Below are positions 33,159-46,650 of a stretch of 64,000 nt of DNA, piece after piece. The notes under the pieces are model-generated. The model was given only the letters and a program-made list of their open reading frames with translations. It did not search any database and was not told the DNA's origin. Where the stretch lies: NCBI RefSeq assembly GCF_009914755.1, contig NC_060931.1. One strand, written 5' to 3'. The translations under genes and the position numbers were made by a program. Source of the DNA: the human T2T-CHM13v2.0 reference genome, Homo sapiens. How positions within the stretch are numbered: the stretch's first letter is position 1; each line of letters starts with the position of its first letter.

Positions 33159-36100
33159 CACAGGATCAGCTTTGCAGTGGAAAATACATTTATAAAAATA
33201 TGTTGTTGCGTGTGAGTAACTTGCATTTTGGGCTTGTCCCCAGACCACCTGGAACACCTTCGTGAATTCCAGTGATCCAAAAGCTACATTGTGAAAGATG
33301 GCAGGATGCTTCATTAGGTTACTACTGATGGTGCTTTGAGATCCCCAAATAAATATCAGAAGCCAGTTTATTGTTCTCTTTTAAAGTCATTCTCCTTTTG
33401 CTGTAAAGTGTACTTTTTTCTACACATTAGTGTCTTGGTTAGTATTTGAAATGTGCAGCATATAAAATAATAAAAATATTGCCCTTTACTTTAGAAAGAG
33501 GTAAATATTTTAAATGACTGTAACATTCTGAGAAAGCTGCTGCCTGTTTTTCTAACCCGGACACTGGAGTCTGCAAAGTACAGACAACACCCTCAGAGCC
33601 TACCTCAGGGTTTATAGAAGGCCTAGTGTGTGGTCAAGACCTCTAGGCTTGCAGTTAAAAGTTCATACCCAGGATGGACTTGATGGTATTGATGGCTTTT
33701 TATAATTAAGTTGAAACTCTCCTCTGGCAAATATCCCAAGCCCAAGCAGTCAGTCCCTTGAGCTACCTACCACCAGTGTAGGGACATGAAGCCCCACAAA
33801 TTTTTCCAATGCTCAAGAATTCTGATTTTTAAATAAATATTAATGCTCCAATTTCTGTGCTTTGGAAAGAGTAAAAGAAAAGGCTTAGGAATCTCGCCCA
33901 CAAATTTCATGGTTAGAGAGAACTAACTACCTGACCAGCAGACAGAAGAGGCCAAAGGCACACCAAACCACACAGTGGAAGCTCAGTTTGCCAAAACTGT
34001 GGCTGAGTTGAAGTGGATTTGGCCCTAGATATATTAATTCCAGACACCCGGTGGTCTGAAACAGAAAAGGCAAAAGTAAGCAAACTGATTGGTAAAAGGG
34101 TAAGCTTTTTTCCCTCCTCATCCCTTTTTTGTAAGAGTTCCTCTCACATGTGCCTCTCATTTTCCCACGCAACAGTTGAAAGGAAGCAAAGTGTGGCAGG
34201 TGGCAGCACAGCTTTGAAGTCCTGCTGCCAGGGCCAGAGGTCTGACAAATGTTCCATGTGTTCTCTAGCCACATGAGGCGGACCCTTGTACTTCTAAACG
34301 AGAGGGCTGATCTCCTTCCACTTTCCCTTTTTTCTAAAGTGAGTTCATGTGCTTTTGATAGCAAGCCTTTAAGTTGGCATAAACTGACTGGCAACTTGTA
34401 GAAAATAAATTCGAGGTACCTGCTGCATCAGACCTTGGCTCTTGCCCTTTGGAAGTATTAAACTTGACTTGGTTTTGTCTTTATCGGTTCTTGTTGTTGT
34501 TGCTGTTAATACAAGGGAAAAACATAGATAAGAATACAAGCTTTAAATCAAATGTCGGGTATCCATTGTACTTTCATCACTTGTTGCCTTGAATTTTTAA
34601 AAAAATTAGTTTGATTTTTTTTTTTTTTTCCCATAGATTTGATTTTGCTTTTAGGTAATTGCTTCTGATACAAAAGAGCTCCCTCTAGCCACGAGCTTAA
34701 ATATTACACATCCTGCTGAGCAGAAGAAACTTCCCTTAAATATGGGCTTGTTTATGTAGCAGTAAAACTATATTCTGAATATCAGTGATAAGGTTTCTGC
34801 AGAGCTATTTAACTTCCAATTTATTGAATTGGACCTTTTACTTTTTAAAATATTATTGACTGGAAAATATTTCTGCAGAAGGCAAATAATGAGCGATAGC
34901 TACTGGTGGTAGGAATTAGCTTTCAAAGTAAGAAACTGGAGCTGTTTTATATCATTTAGAGTGAAATTCCTCTTCGTACTCCTTAAAAATACTTAGGGAA
35001 AAGCTAATGTCCAAAAATAGTTTCGTTTTAAGCTTCGATCACATAAAAGGAAAGCATAAGTCTTGCTGTAGAAGGTGAAGTCCTTTGTGTGAGTTTATAT
35101 AAAAAGGTAAACATAAAAATAGAAAATATTTATACGTAATGTTATTTTAAATTAACTTGTGCTGCTGTTTTACCAAGGGCTACACTCCATTTCTTCATGT
35201 AATTGTGCTTGTATATTTATGCTTTTAGTGTGTTCACCTGTAAGTGGTAAAAGAAAACTGACGTATACGAGCAACACAAATCTAAATTATTTCCAAATAT
35301 GTTTTTACTGTGATAAACCAGTAGGCTTCTTGAAAATTCCCAGTCAAATGGCAAGTTCTATGAGGGTAGGCTCCTTTCACTCAAACCTGCCACCATCTTC
35401 CACACAACTGGGTGATGAATGTCTCATTATCTTTGCCAAGTGGTCTTCTAAGAATTGGATAGAAAAAGCAAAACGAAAACAGAAAACTTGAGAGGCATGG
35501 CATGTGGAATAAAATAAAATTTTGATAGAATGGGATATTCATAAATATAAAAAAAATTATGGCAGATGTGAAAGTTAATTTTAAAGTTATTAAAATAAAA
35601 GGAGTTATCTTGGAATAGATTTGTCATAACCAATTTTAGCGTATAATAGCAATTAGAGCCTTGGTAGCAAAGGCTTTATTTTTTTTTTTTAAGACGAGGA
35701 TGTGGATGTACATAGCTCAAACTTTCTTTTCTTATTTTTTTTAGTATACTTTAAGTTCTAGGGTACATGTGCACAACGTGCAGGTTAGTTACATATGTAT
35801 ACATGTGCCATGTTGGTGTGCTGCAGCCATTAACTCATCATTTACATTAGTTGTATCTCCTAATGCTATCCCTCCCCCATCCCCCCACCCCACGACAGGC
35901 CCCAGTGTGTGATGTTCCCCACCCTCTGTCCAAGTGTTCTCATTGTTCAGTTCCCATCTATGACTGAGAACATGTGGTGTTTGGTTTTCTGTCCTTGTGA
36001 TAGTTTGCTGAGAATGCTGGTTTCCAGCTTCATCCATGTCCCTACAAAGGACATGAACTCATCCTTTTCTGTGGCTGCATAGTATTCCATGGTGTATATA

Positions 36101-37106
36101 TGCCACATTTTCTTAATCCAGTCTATCATTGATATACATTTAGGTTGGTTCCAAGTCTTTCCTATTGTGAATAGTGCCTCAATAAACATACGTGTGTATG
36201 TGTATTCATAGCATCATGATTTATAATCCTTTGGGTATATACCCAGTAATGGGATGGCTGGGTCAAATGGTATTTCTAGTTCTAGATCCTTGAGGAAATC
36301 GCCACACTGTCTTCCACAATGGTTGAACTAGTTTACAGTCCCACCAACAGTGTAAAAGTGTTCCTATTTCTCCACATCCTCTCCAGCACCTGTTGTATCC
36401 TGACTCTTTAATGATCGCCATTCTAACTGGTGTGAGATGGTATCTCATTGTGATTTTGATTTGCATTTCTCTGGCCAGTGATGATGAGGATTTTTTCATG
36501 TGTCTGTTGCTGCATAAATGTCTTCCTTTGAGAAGTGTCTGTTCATATCCTTTGCCCACTTTTTGATGGGGTTGTTTGATTTTTTTTTTTTGTAAATTTG
36601 TTTAAGTTCTTTGTAGATTCTGGATATTAGCCCTTTGTCAGATGGGTAGATTGTAAAATTCTTCTCCCATTCTGTGGGCTGCCTGATCACTCCGATGGTA
36701 GTTTCTTTTGCTGTGCAGAAGCTCTTTAGTTGAATTAGATTCCATTTGTCAATTTTGGACATAGCTCAAACTTTCAATTGTTCTGAGAGAATTCAAACGG
36801 CACTAAGTAACTCCAGATTCTCAGTTATCCGACTGGAAATACCTAGAACTTCGTCTTCACCCAGCGTTTTCTAGTACTTTACCATTTTTATTTTGCATGC
36901 ACATACCTTGCATGTGCGAGTGATTATGGCATTCCCTGAAGCACAGTAGTTTTGAGATGATAAACATCTTTCTCCTTTCACCTCTCTGAGCAAAGATTTT
37001 TATTTCTGCATCAGTTTCTCTGTGAATGGCAGTTACACCATTTCTTGGCAAGATGGCCAACATTTCGCGGTTACTTTATACTCTCAAGATCAGCGTGACT
37101 GTGAGC
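33159..37106 (+). pseudogene. Pseudo-exon cluster (about two PLAT-like repeats) with an intronic L1PA
   Basis: 33159 LQWKIHL; 33647-33748 LKVHTQDGLDGI/FIIKLKLSSGKYPKPK; exon ending 34075 KLWLS, donor gtaagc. 35072-35106, 35178-35239 and 35322-35365 splice in phase to EGEVLCVSLYKK|GYTPFLHVIVLVYLCF*CVHL|RLLENSQSNGKFYEG. 36991 HQFLCEW../QDGQHFAVTLY. Confidence 0.5.
35727..36758 (-). mobile_element. 5'-truncated L1PA
   Basis: ORF2 C-terminal peptides; 17-bp TSD acatagctcaaactttc at 35710-35726 and 36759-36775. Confidence 0.96.
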
Positions 37107-37379
37107 TCTCATGAAACTAGTTGTGTGTAGTTTAGTTCGAATATAGTAAGTCTCAAGCTAATCTTAAGCGTTTGCTTGGGTAATAAATATACACTATAAT
37201 GTATAGCAAAAATTTAGAAATTTGTTTATGCTCTCATTAACATTTGAAGTGAAAAGTAATAAGTATGCCTGTTTTTTGTTCTCTGTGATTGAATCTTATA
37301 GATTGGATGCTGATTCCATATACTGACCAGTGTATATCATGCATCAACATTTATAGATTCTACTTCTATTTTCCACAGA

Positions 37380-38322
37380 GAGAGAGATATATACACGCAC
37401 ACGTATTTACGTGTGTATACACCCAGAGGTATTTACGTGTGTATACACACACACGTATTTACGTGTGTATACACCCAGACGTATTTACGTGTGTATACAC
37501 ACACACGTATTTACATATACACATATGTGTACACACACGTACATACACGTGTGTGTACACACACGTACATACACGTGTGTGTACACACACGTACATACAT
37601 ATACACGTGTGTACACACGTACATACATATATACGTGTGTACACACGTACATACATATACACGTGTGTACACACGTACACGTACACATGTATATACACAC
37701 GTACATGTACACGTGTGTACACACACGCACATATACGCGTGTGTGTACACACAGGTACATACATATACGCGTGTGTGTTCACACGTACATATATAAACAT
37801 GTGTGTATGTGTATATATGTATATGTGTGTGTATATGTATATATGTGTGTATATATGTATATGTATGTGTATATGTGTGTATATGTGTGTATATGTGTGT
37901 ATATGTATGTGTGTATGTGTGTATATATGTGTATGTGTATATATGTGTGTATGTGTATATGTGTATATATGTGTATATGTGTGTATGTGTGTGTATGTGT
38001 GTATATCATCTTATAGATTGGATGCTGATTCCATATACTGACCAGTGTATATCATGCATCAACATTTATAGATTCTACTTCTATTTTCTACAGATATATA
38101 TACACACACATATATACACATATGTTTATACATATATGTGTATATATGTGTGTGTATATACATATATACACACATATGCATATATGTGTGTATATGTGTA
38201 TATGTGTGTATATATACACATATATACACATATATACATATATGTGTATATATGTATATATACACATATGTACATACATATGTATATACACACGCACATA
38301 TATATATTCACATACATACACA
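37380..38322. repeat. Compound (CA/TA/TG/CG) alternating purine-pyrimidine repeat in two blocks
   Basis: Direct reading; interrupted by the 87-bp duplicate at 38008-38094. Confidence 0.95.
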
Positions 38323-41300
38323 ATTAGTTAACTAAAATATCAGAGGACAATTTTAAAATATACTTCTGATGACTTCTCTAAGAAATATATTTCTGCTGGG
38401 AAAAAAAATGCTGGGGTTTCCTGTGGGTGGATGAGTTTGGGTTCCCTCTCACCAAGATATATTTTCAGTTTTCCCCTCACGAGCTTTTACTTACATATGG
38501 TTTGGTTAATATTCTGGGGTCTCCTCACTATCTCTGGCCTCTCTTGTGGAATCGTCTGCATCAATAGTTGCTATATATTAGTGAGCAAATTAAAATTTAA
38601 CTGCAACAAAAGTGACTTGTAGCATTTTAGTTTATGGCTACAACTTGAAAATCTTTATAATGTGGTGCTTTTTATTTTTACAATACAGCTTGACCTGTAA
38701 TCTTCCTCTGGCATCAGTGCTGACTAATTAGATATATTGTTTATTGAAATCCAAATCGTTTATGCAACTAATAATTATTAAATGCCTACTTATTATGCCA
38801 ACTAATAATTATTAGTGCCTATTATGTGTTAGAAACCGTTTTAGGTGTTGAGATGCAGCAATGTATTGCTTGATGAAGTTTCAGTTTTAATGGTTGATAT
38901 CATTAAAAGTATAGAAATAAACGACATTGTTTCTATAATGGAAGATTGTAATAGTAAAGGAATGCATCGATTGCTTACAAGGATAGAGAACACAGACTAA
39001 GTCAAATCAAAAGACAAAGGGAAAGTCCCCTGGAGAAAGTGACCTTTGTGTGGAACATTCTTGCCAATTTGATTAAAAATTCAAGTATTTTATCATACAT
39101 GATTTATCTCTACCCTCTGAGTTCTGTTGATGGGGTAACTATTTTTATTTTGGTTGATCACCAATAGTAGGTGCAGACAAGTACACGCATTTTTCTGTTC
39201 CACTGTGGAAAAAAGATAATCTATTTGTTCTTATTTTTATGCACCTGAGAAACAGATGATTCTAACTCTTTTAAGTTCACAACCCCTTGGGACTGAAATT
39301 TATTCAGAACAGAAGTGTCCTGCTTCTTGTCTAGAGCCAGAATAGTTATTCATAAACCATCACAATGTTCAGATTTTTAACCTGTCATTTTATAACACAT
39401 TTTTGGAGAAGAAAAACTATGATTCCTAATCTTTTGAAATGACTCTTTGGGGATCTGAGAAACTGCACATTCCTGACTCAAAGGTTTATAATAGCAAACA
39501 AAATCCAAGTTCACACAGCTCACTTTGAGAGGTAAGAGTATGTTTAGAGCAAGAAGTGTCAGAATTCTCCAGGACTCTGCTGATTATTCTCAAATTGGTG
39601 AAGAACTCACTCTTTCTCATTTAGCTAATTTGTCAGCTTCTCAAAATAAATATCACATGTTCTAATTTGGCATTTAAAATTGAAATTACTTAAAAATAAT
39701 AGTATATTTGATACAGAAGGTACTGACTGTGAAATTCTCATACTTTTTATCCAGCCAAGTCTAACATAATAGCTTTTTGAATATGGCACAGTAAAATGGT
39801 TGTTGTTTCGACTTTTATTATTTGTCAAGTGTGTTTTGAACATACATACCAAAGTAAGCTTAAAATCAGGCATATTTTGGAACTTGAAAAAAACTAAATG
39901 TTAAAATGCCTTGCAGCAAGAAAAACTGGGCTTGAATTATTTGAAAATCACTTAATCTCCCATTTAAACTGAATTCATTTTGTACTTAATAGTTGTAACA
40001 CAAAGAATGTTTTACTCACATGAGTTAAATGTTACTTTTTACTTATTCTCTAGATACTTTCAAAATATAAGCTTAAAGAAATTCTACCATGGCATGCTTA
40101 GAAAGCTGTCATTAAATTAGTAAAATTGCACATATTTCATGATATTTTTCAGAAAAGTCTACCAAGTCAATCCAAAGCTAATTTAACATTACTATTTGTA
40201 TTATCATTATCGTTAGTAACGGGGTCTACCAATATATAAAATTTGACCAAGTGTGGAATTTCTCAGTTCTAACACAGAAACCATCCTATTTTGCTTAAAG
40301 TAGCATTCTCTTTTTATGCGTGGAAGATGGAGCTTAGGGACAACATAATTTTACAGATGTGGGTGGGTAGGGTTGGCAGTGGATAGGGAGATGGGGTGCT
40401 AGGGCACAGTAGAAAAAGCCAGGAGGGGGGCACTTCTACAAGTTTCTATTCCTAATTAGAACAACTGGCATGCAACTAAGATCTAAATGAATGTGACACC
40501 TTTATGTGTGGTGTCGGGGAATAGACATAGAGCCTTAAGTAAGGGGCCACATTGAAATGGAAGCACTGGAATGGAGACAGAAACTCAGAACACAAGGTAT
40601 ATTATATGATCAGTTCACTCCCTAGTACATTTTAATGGGATAGAGTTTAGAAATAGTTTTAAAGGTTAAATTTTAAATTAATTACAACAAAATCTAGCAG
40701 GCTTTTAGTTTACACTATGAAGACTTTTGAGAGAGCTGATAGTATTTTCCTAATCTAGGGCTGACTAGTTTAATGTCTTAATCCTCCCTCTTTATTAGTT
40801 GCCAAATTGCTCCGTTTTCATTAATTATCAGATTGGTCAGTGGCACAGCTGAGAAAGTTTAACAAGTATTCATTTCTAGAAAAAGAGAACCCACTCTAGG
40901 GTAGAGATGCTAGCAGCAAGGCTGAGACCTAACATGACCCTGGCACAGCGAGTTTGAGGAAGAAGGCCTAGAAAGTATTCGGTGGGGCAAGGAAGTTGCT
41001 AATTTCAAAAGCACTAGCCAAATACACGTAACCGTGATGCCATCATCTTGGAAGACAAAGGCTGTGTGTCCCTTGATAACAGTAACCTGAGATGCAGTTT
41101 GTAAAGAAAATAGTAAAACTTAAAACTGGTGGTATAAACTCTCCTCTACTAGCCTAAGTTATGAGGTTCAGAGGAGAAATGGTTACATAGAGGAACCTCA
41201 ATTTAAGACCATGGGTCATCTTGTAGCAACAGAAGAGAGCTCTTATATTTGTGTAGTTTGGACAGATATCTTAATCTAACTCCAATCCTTAGAGAAAGCA

Positions 41301-41398
41301 CTGGAAAATAATTCTGGGAAATATAATTTATTAAAAAATAGTAATGAAAAAAGGATACATTCAACAACATGCTAAGATACTATGTAAGAAAACGTGAA

Positions 41399-41695
41399 GT
41401 CTAGCACAGCATAGACTCACGTGTGTAATCCCAGCTACTTGGGATGCGGACATGAGAGGATCGCTTGAGATCAGGAGTTCAAGACCAGCATGGGCAATGT
41501 GGCGAGACCCCCCATTTCTACAAAAATTTAAAAGATATGTATACACATGTGATGTCACATGACCATATTCCCAGCCTCTTGGGATGCTGAGGCAGGAGGT
41601 TCATTTGAGCCCAGGAGTTTGAGGCTACCGTGAGCTATGATAGTAGCACTGCACTTCAGCCTGGCCTACTGAGTGAGACCCTATCTATTTTTTTT
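41399..41695 (+). mobile_element. Diverged AluJ-type SINE
   Basis: ggatcgcttgagatcaggagttc...gagcccaggagtttgaggctaccgtgagctatgat; A-tail decayed. Confidence 0.85.
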
Positions 41696-42111
41696 AAAGA
41701 TGAAAATAATTGGCATAAGTTTCCTATAGGTAACAACTCATCAGAAAAATGTTGCCATTAAAATGGATGAAAATCATAACCTAACATACCAGTTGGTATT
41801 TAATCAGAGAATTAGAACAACTATAGATGACAGACCAAATGATTTCCTCCAGGGTTTAGAAGGTCCAGCCTTATGAAATTTGGGGAAGTACCTCTGCATC
41901 TTATGTTGATCTTGCAGTCTAGCAAGAATGACAGTTGTGAAGGAAACCAGGATATGGATGAGAGTAAGGAAAATCTGGTCTTCAATTACCTCCGTTTTTT
42001 ATTTTGATCATCCATTTTTATTTGTTCATCAATGACGAGAGTATTTTATTTGCTGAATAAGAGTAGCATTTTTGAATACCAAATAGCATTACCTCAAATT
42101 TTTGTGCTATT

Positions 42112-42582
42112 TGCTATGTAAAGGATATGGGTACAACCCTATTTTAAATTTAGTTTGTTATATTAACATTTTTCCATTACTTTCTAAGTCTAGACAATGA
42201 GCAAATAATGAATCAAGTGCTAATTTTTAGCATTTGTCCATTTCTGTGGTATAAATACTCCTATGATGGACAATTTCAAGCTGCTAACATGACATCACTG
42301 AACACAAATTGGGAAGAAATGCACAATAACACATTATTAAAGTATTCTCACAACAGAGATACAATAGACATAAATAACCTCAAGGGTATAAACAATAGTA
42401 ATATATAATAAGTAAGAAGGAAACATTAGAGTATTTATTGTCTTTATGGTCAATATTATACACATAGTTGTAAGTTTACATCATTTCATTTTTAAGAATA
42501 ACTGTGTTTAAAACAATTAAATTCTGGAAAATTAGTAATCAGCTCTTACAAGCCAGTATGAGCTAGCTCCAGGATATTACTG
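42112..42582. mobile_element. MER63-like hAT DNA transposon
   Basis: tggtataaatactcctatgatgg...tttcaagct...; terminus gccagtatgagctagctccaggatattactg. Confidence 0.6.
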
Positions 42583-42619
42583 AGTTTAGAGTTTTCTCAT
42601 AAAATCATCAAATTGCACA

Positions 42620-45600
42620 CAGCAATTGTGCCTTTCAGTGTATGAAAATTAAACCTCAAAAAGGCTTACTAATTGGTTGATGTGCTTACATTACTGTGGG
42701 TTTGCAATCTTAAAATCATTGTATATTCTAGGCTTAAAAAATGTATACATATATTGATAACGGGAGACAGTTTTCTCACTCAAAGAAGGAAGTTACAAAT
42801 ATAAAAATGGAGAGACTAGAATAATCCTGTCCTGTTGGATTTTAATTGAATTAACTAATTACATATATATATGTACACACCTATATGTACATGTGTATAT
42901 ATATGTGTATATATATGTGCAAGTATATATGAAGATGTAGATAAATACGTGTATCTCATAGGTATGTATGTATGTACATGTGTATGTATATACTAAGATA
43001 GCGTGGAATCAATGATTTACTAGCCAATCAGAGTACAGCTATTGTGCAGTACCTGTTCTAAATACTATTATCATTAAAAAGAACCAAGGCTTCTTAGAGA
43101 AATACCTGATTACAGGGCTGAGAAAGGAAAAGTACAGGATGAGCCTGAAAATATTTTTTGCACTATAATAAATTAAGGAAATGTTCAAAGAACTAAGAGT
43201 ATATATTAAAAGGACACAGAAGCCAAGTAACAGTAATAGATTATAAACAACTGAATGATACTTGAATCTATAAATGCATTGATTAAATAAGTGAATAAAG
43301 AAGAAAGGAAAGTTCTTTTATATTGTAAAATTTTAATTAAGATGGAAGGAAGAATGGGGTTCGAAATTCAAAAGTGGACGATTAAAGTAGTTGATTAAAA
43401 TTTGAGGAGTAAGATATTTACATAGCCTCAAGATTTATCACCCAAATTAGTTATTATAAGTTAACATAATTTAATCAAGAAGAGATCTGGTAGATGTTAC
43501 CTAAATCAAGTGATAGTGTTAATCTCACCAAAATCAGAAAGAAAATATGTGCATTCTAATTTGAATCACTGAGAAGCAACAGTGTTACATCAATGGCATT
43601 CTAAAAATGAGTAGCCTGAATCTAATCATGAGGAAATATTAGAAACCCCCAAATGAATAGGATTTCTACAGAATAACTGGCTTTTGTCTTTGTCAAAACT
43701 TGAAATGTCAAGAAAAAACAAAGAATTCAGAACTCTTCCAGTTTAAAGGAGATTAAAAAGGCATGGCATGACCAAATGGGATTTATCCCCCAAAATGCAA
43801 GGATGTTTCAACAGTAAGAAATCAATCAATGCAATTTATCATATCAACAAACTAAAGACAAAAACCCACATAATTATTTCAACAGATTCAGACAAACAGT
43901 TGTAAAAATTCCGTGTCCATTCATGACAAAAACTCTCAACTAATTGAAGGGATCTTTGACTTGATAAAGAGGATCTACCGAAAATCTATAGCTAATATCC
44001 ACTTAATGGTGAACGACAATGCTTTCCTTCTAAGACCAAGAATAAGGCAAGATGTTTTATCATTGTGAATCGTTATGCTAGATATCTAGTCAGTGCAATA
44101 AAAAAGAACAGCATAAAAATTGGAAGGGAGAAATAAAAACATCTTTATTCACAGATGACATAATTGTCTATGTAGGAAATTTCAAATAATCTACAAAAGA
44201 ACTTGTGTCTGTGAAAATGACACTGGGATTTTGATAGGGATTGTACTGAATCTGCAGATCACTTTGAGCAGTATGAACATTTTGACAATATTAATTCTTC
44301 GAATCCATGGATATAGGATATCTTTATATTTGTGTCTCCTACAATTACTTTCATCAATACCTTATGCTTTTCAATGTATAGCTTTTTTCCTGAAAGAACT
44401 CAGATACAATAATGTACAATTCATTTTATAAGAAATTCTAAAAATGAAAAAACTATAGAGACAAGAATAAAATCAGTGGTTATGAGAGGCTGGAGATGGG
44501 GAAGATGATTTCATATAAAATATTATAGGGAAACATTTTACAGTTCTGGAAATAAACATTGATATTTGTGGTTGTTAAACAACTGTATTCAGTTATTAAA
44601 ACTCATAAAGCTGGATGTCTGATATCAATGAATTTTACTATATGTAAATTATTCCCCAGTAAACTTGACTTTCAATAAAATACATGATAACCAGAGGCAA
44701 TGAATAACAACTTTTGATTCTGGACAATGGAAAAATGAACTATAAAGGACATTATTAGGACAATTGACATTTGAATATGTCCTATTTACTAGATAATATT
44801 GTAATTACTATATTAAGGTTCCTGATGTTGATTATTTTCCTGTGGTCATTAAGGAAATGTCCTTGTTAGAATCCACCCAAATGCCCATTAATGATACATG
44901 GGATTAAAAAAATGTGGTATATGTACACCACGGAATACTATGCAGCCATAAAAAGGAAGGAGATCATGATCCTTTGCAGGGTCATGGTTGGAGCTGGAAG
45001 CTATTATCTCAGCAAATTAACACAGGAACAGAGAAGCAAACACTCCATGTTCTGAGTTATGTAAGTGGGAGCTGAACAATGTGAACATATAGACACAGGA
45101 AGGTGAACAACACACACTGGGGCCTGTCAAGAGGGTTGAGGGGAGGGAGAGAATCAGAAAAACTAGCTAATGCATGCTGGGCTTAATAGCTAGCTGATGA
45201 GTTGACAGGTGTAGCAAATCACCATAGTACATGTTTAATTATGTAACAAACCCACACATCCTGCAGAGGTACCCTGGAACTTAAAAAAAGAGTTATTGTT
45301 TTCAGAAAATATGTACTAAAGTATTTGTTGTTATAGGGACATGTTTCTGACCATATATATAAGTCTATATGTATAAATGTAAATGTCTATACATGTATGT
45401 CAATATATGTATACATATATGCACGTACAAACACAAGATAGAGTGAAGAGAAGAGGAAAGGAGAAAAGAGAGGAGAGAATGATAAAGCATTTGGGACAAA
45501 ATGTAAACAGTGGATTGGGCAAAGGGTGTACTGGGTGTTACTCTACTAGGCTCATGTTACACTTATAATTTTCTTGTTCTTATGTTTCAAATATGAAGAT

Positions 45601-46650
45601 AGGATTTTCTTTAAAAAATGTATAATTTCTGGCAGAAATAAAGCACTATTCGTAGAGCTCTTGATATTTTTCTTTACATAAATCTATAGAAAAGATAGAA
45701 GTTTTAATAAACAAATTCATGATTAAGGTATATAATTATATATTCCAAAATCAGTTATATTTATATAAAAAAATTTAAAATTAATACAATTTAAAAGTAC
45801 ATTAAGAAATATCAAACGCCTATGAATACATCTAAGGAAATATCCCTACACTGTAAACTACCAAATATTATTGAGAAAATTAACGAATACCAAAATTGAG
45901 AGAGAAAACATAATCACAGATTGAAAGACTAATTATCATAAAGATACTCCCCAATTTTCTCTCAAATTCATCCATAAATTCCAAGACACTCCAAACAATT
46001 TCAGTTAAGATAATCTTTTAGAAGGGAGAGAAAGATTTTCAGAAATGTATATGGAAGTTCAAAAACTCAGACATTCAAGACAATCTTGTACAACAAAAAC
46101 AATTAGAAAAGGGACATTAACACTTATAGCAGGATTTATTATAAGTCTATATTAATGAAGGCAATATGGAATTGGAAAAGGATACACACAGGGATGATTG
46201 GGCCAGAATACCATACCCATATACACTTACATTTATGTGGATAATTGATTTTTGCAAAATGGGTAAATAATTTACTATAGTCATACAGCAGAAGACTATA
46301 TAGCAATGAAAATGTATATTCTACAAGTACTTGGAGAATATTTTCAATCTCACCAACATAATGAAGAGCAAAAGAGTACATACCATTTGATTACATGGAA
46401 AATTTAAAGTTATAAAACAGAACTAATCTATCCTGGTAAAAGTGGAGAAAGTGGATACTCTTGGGGGATAGGTCATGGACCGTGACTGGAAGAGGCACAA
46501 AAGAGCTTAAAGGTCCTGGAAATGTTTATTGACCTGGCTACTGATTAAATGGGTGTGTATGGTTTATTAAAATATATCAAGTTATACACTTGTGAGAAGT
46601 GAGTTTATCTGTAAGTCTGCTACATTTCAAAAAATTTCAAGTTAAAAAAT
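42620..46650 (+). mobile_element. Nested mosaic of old L1MC/L1ME fragments, including a short antisense piece at ~44210-44390
   Basis: RT remnant at 43770-44205 (tgggatttatcccc...gcaaggatg; cagatgacataattgtctatgtag); L1 3' UTR motifs. Confidence 0.7.
44874..45289 (+). mobile_element. Older L1PA 3' end
   Basis: ggaatactatgcagccataaaaagg...catgctgggcttaata...ccctggaacttaaaa. Confidence 0.85.

Noticed and set aside
33927-34394. 155-aa minus-strand ORF
   Set aside because: No recognisable motifs; the splice-like signals here favour the + strand
37289-38335. Many overlapping ORFs up to 250 aa (Cys/Val/Tyr/His/Thr-rich)
   Set aside because: Artefact of a stop-poor dinucleotide-type repeat that is open in most frames on both strands
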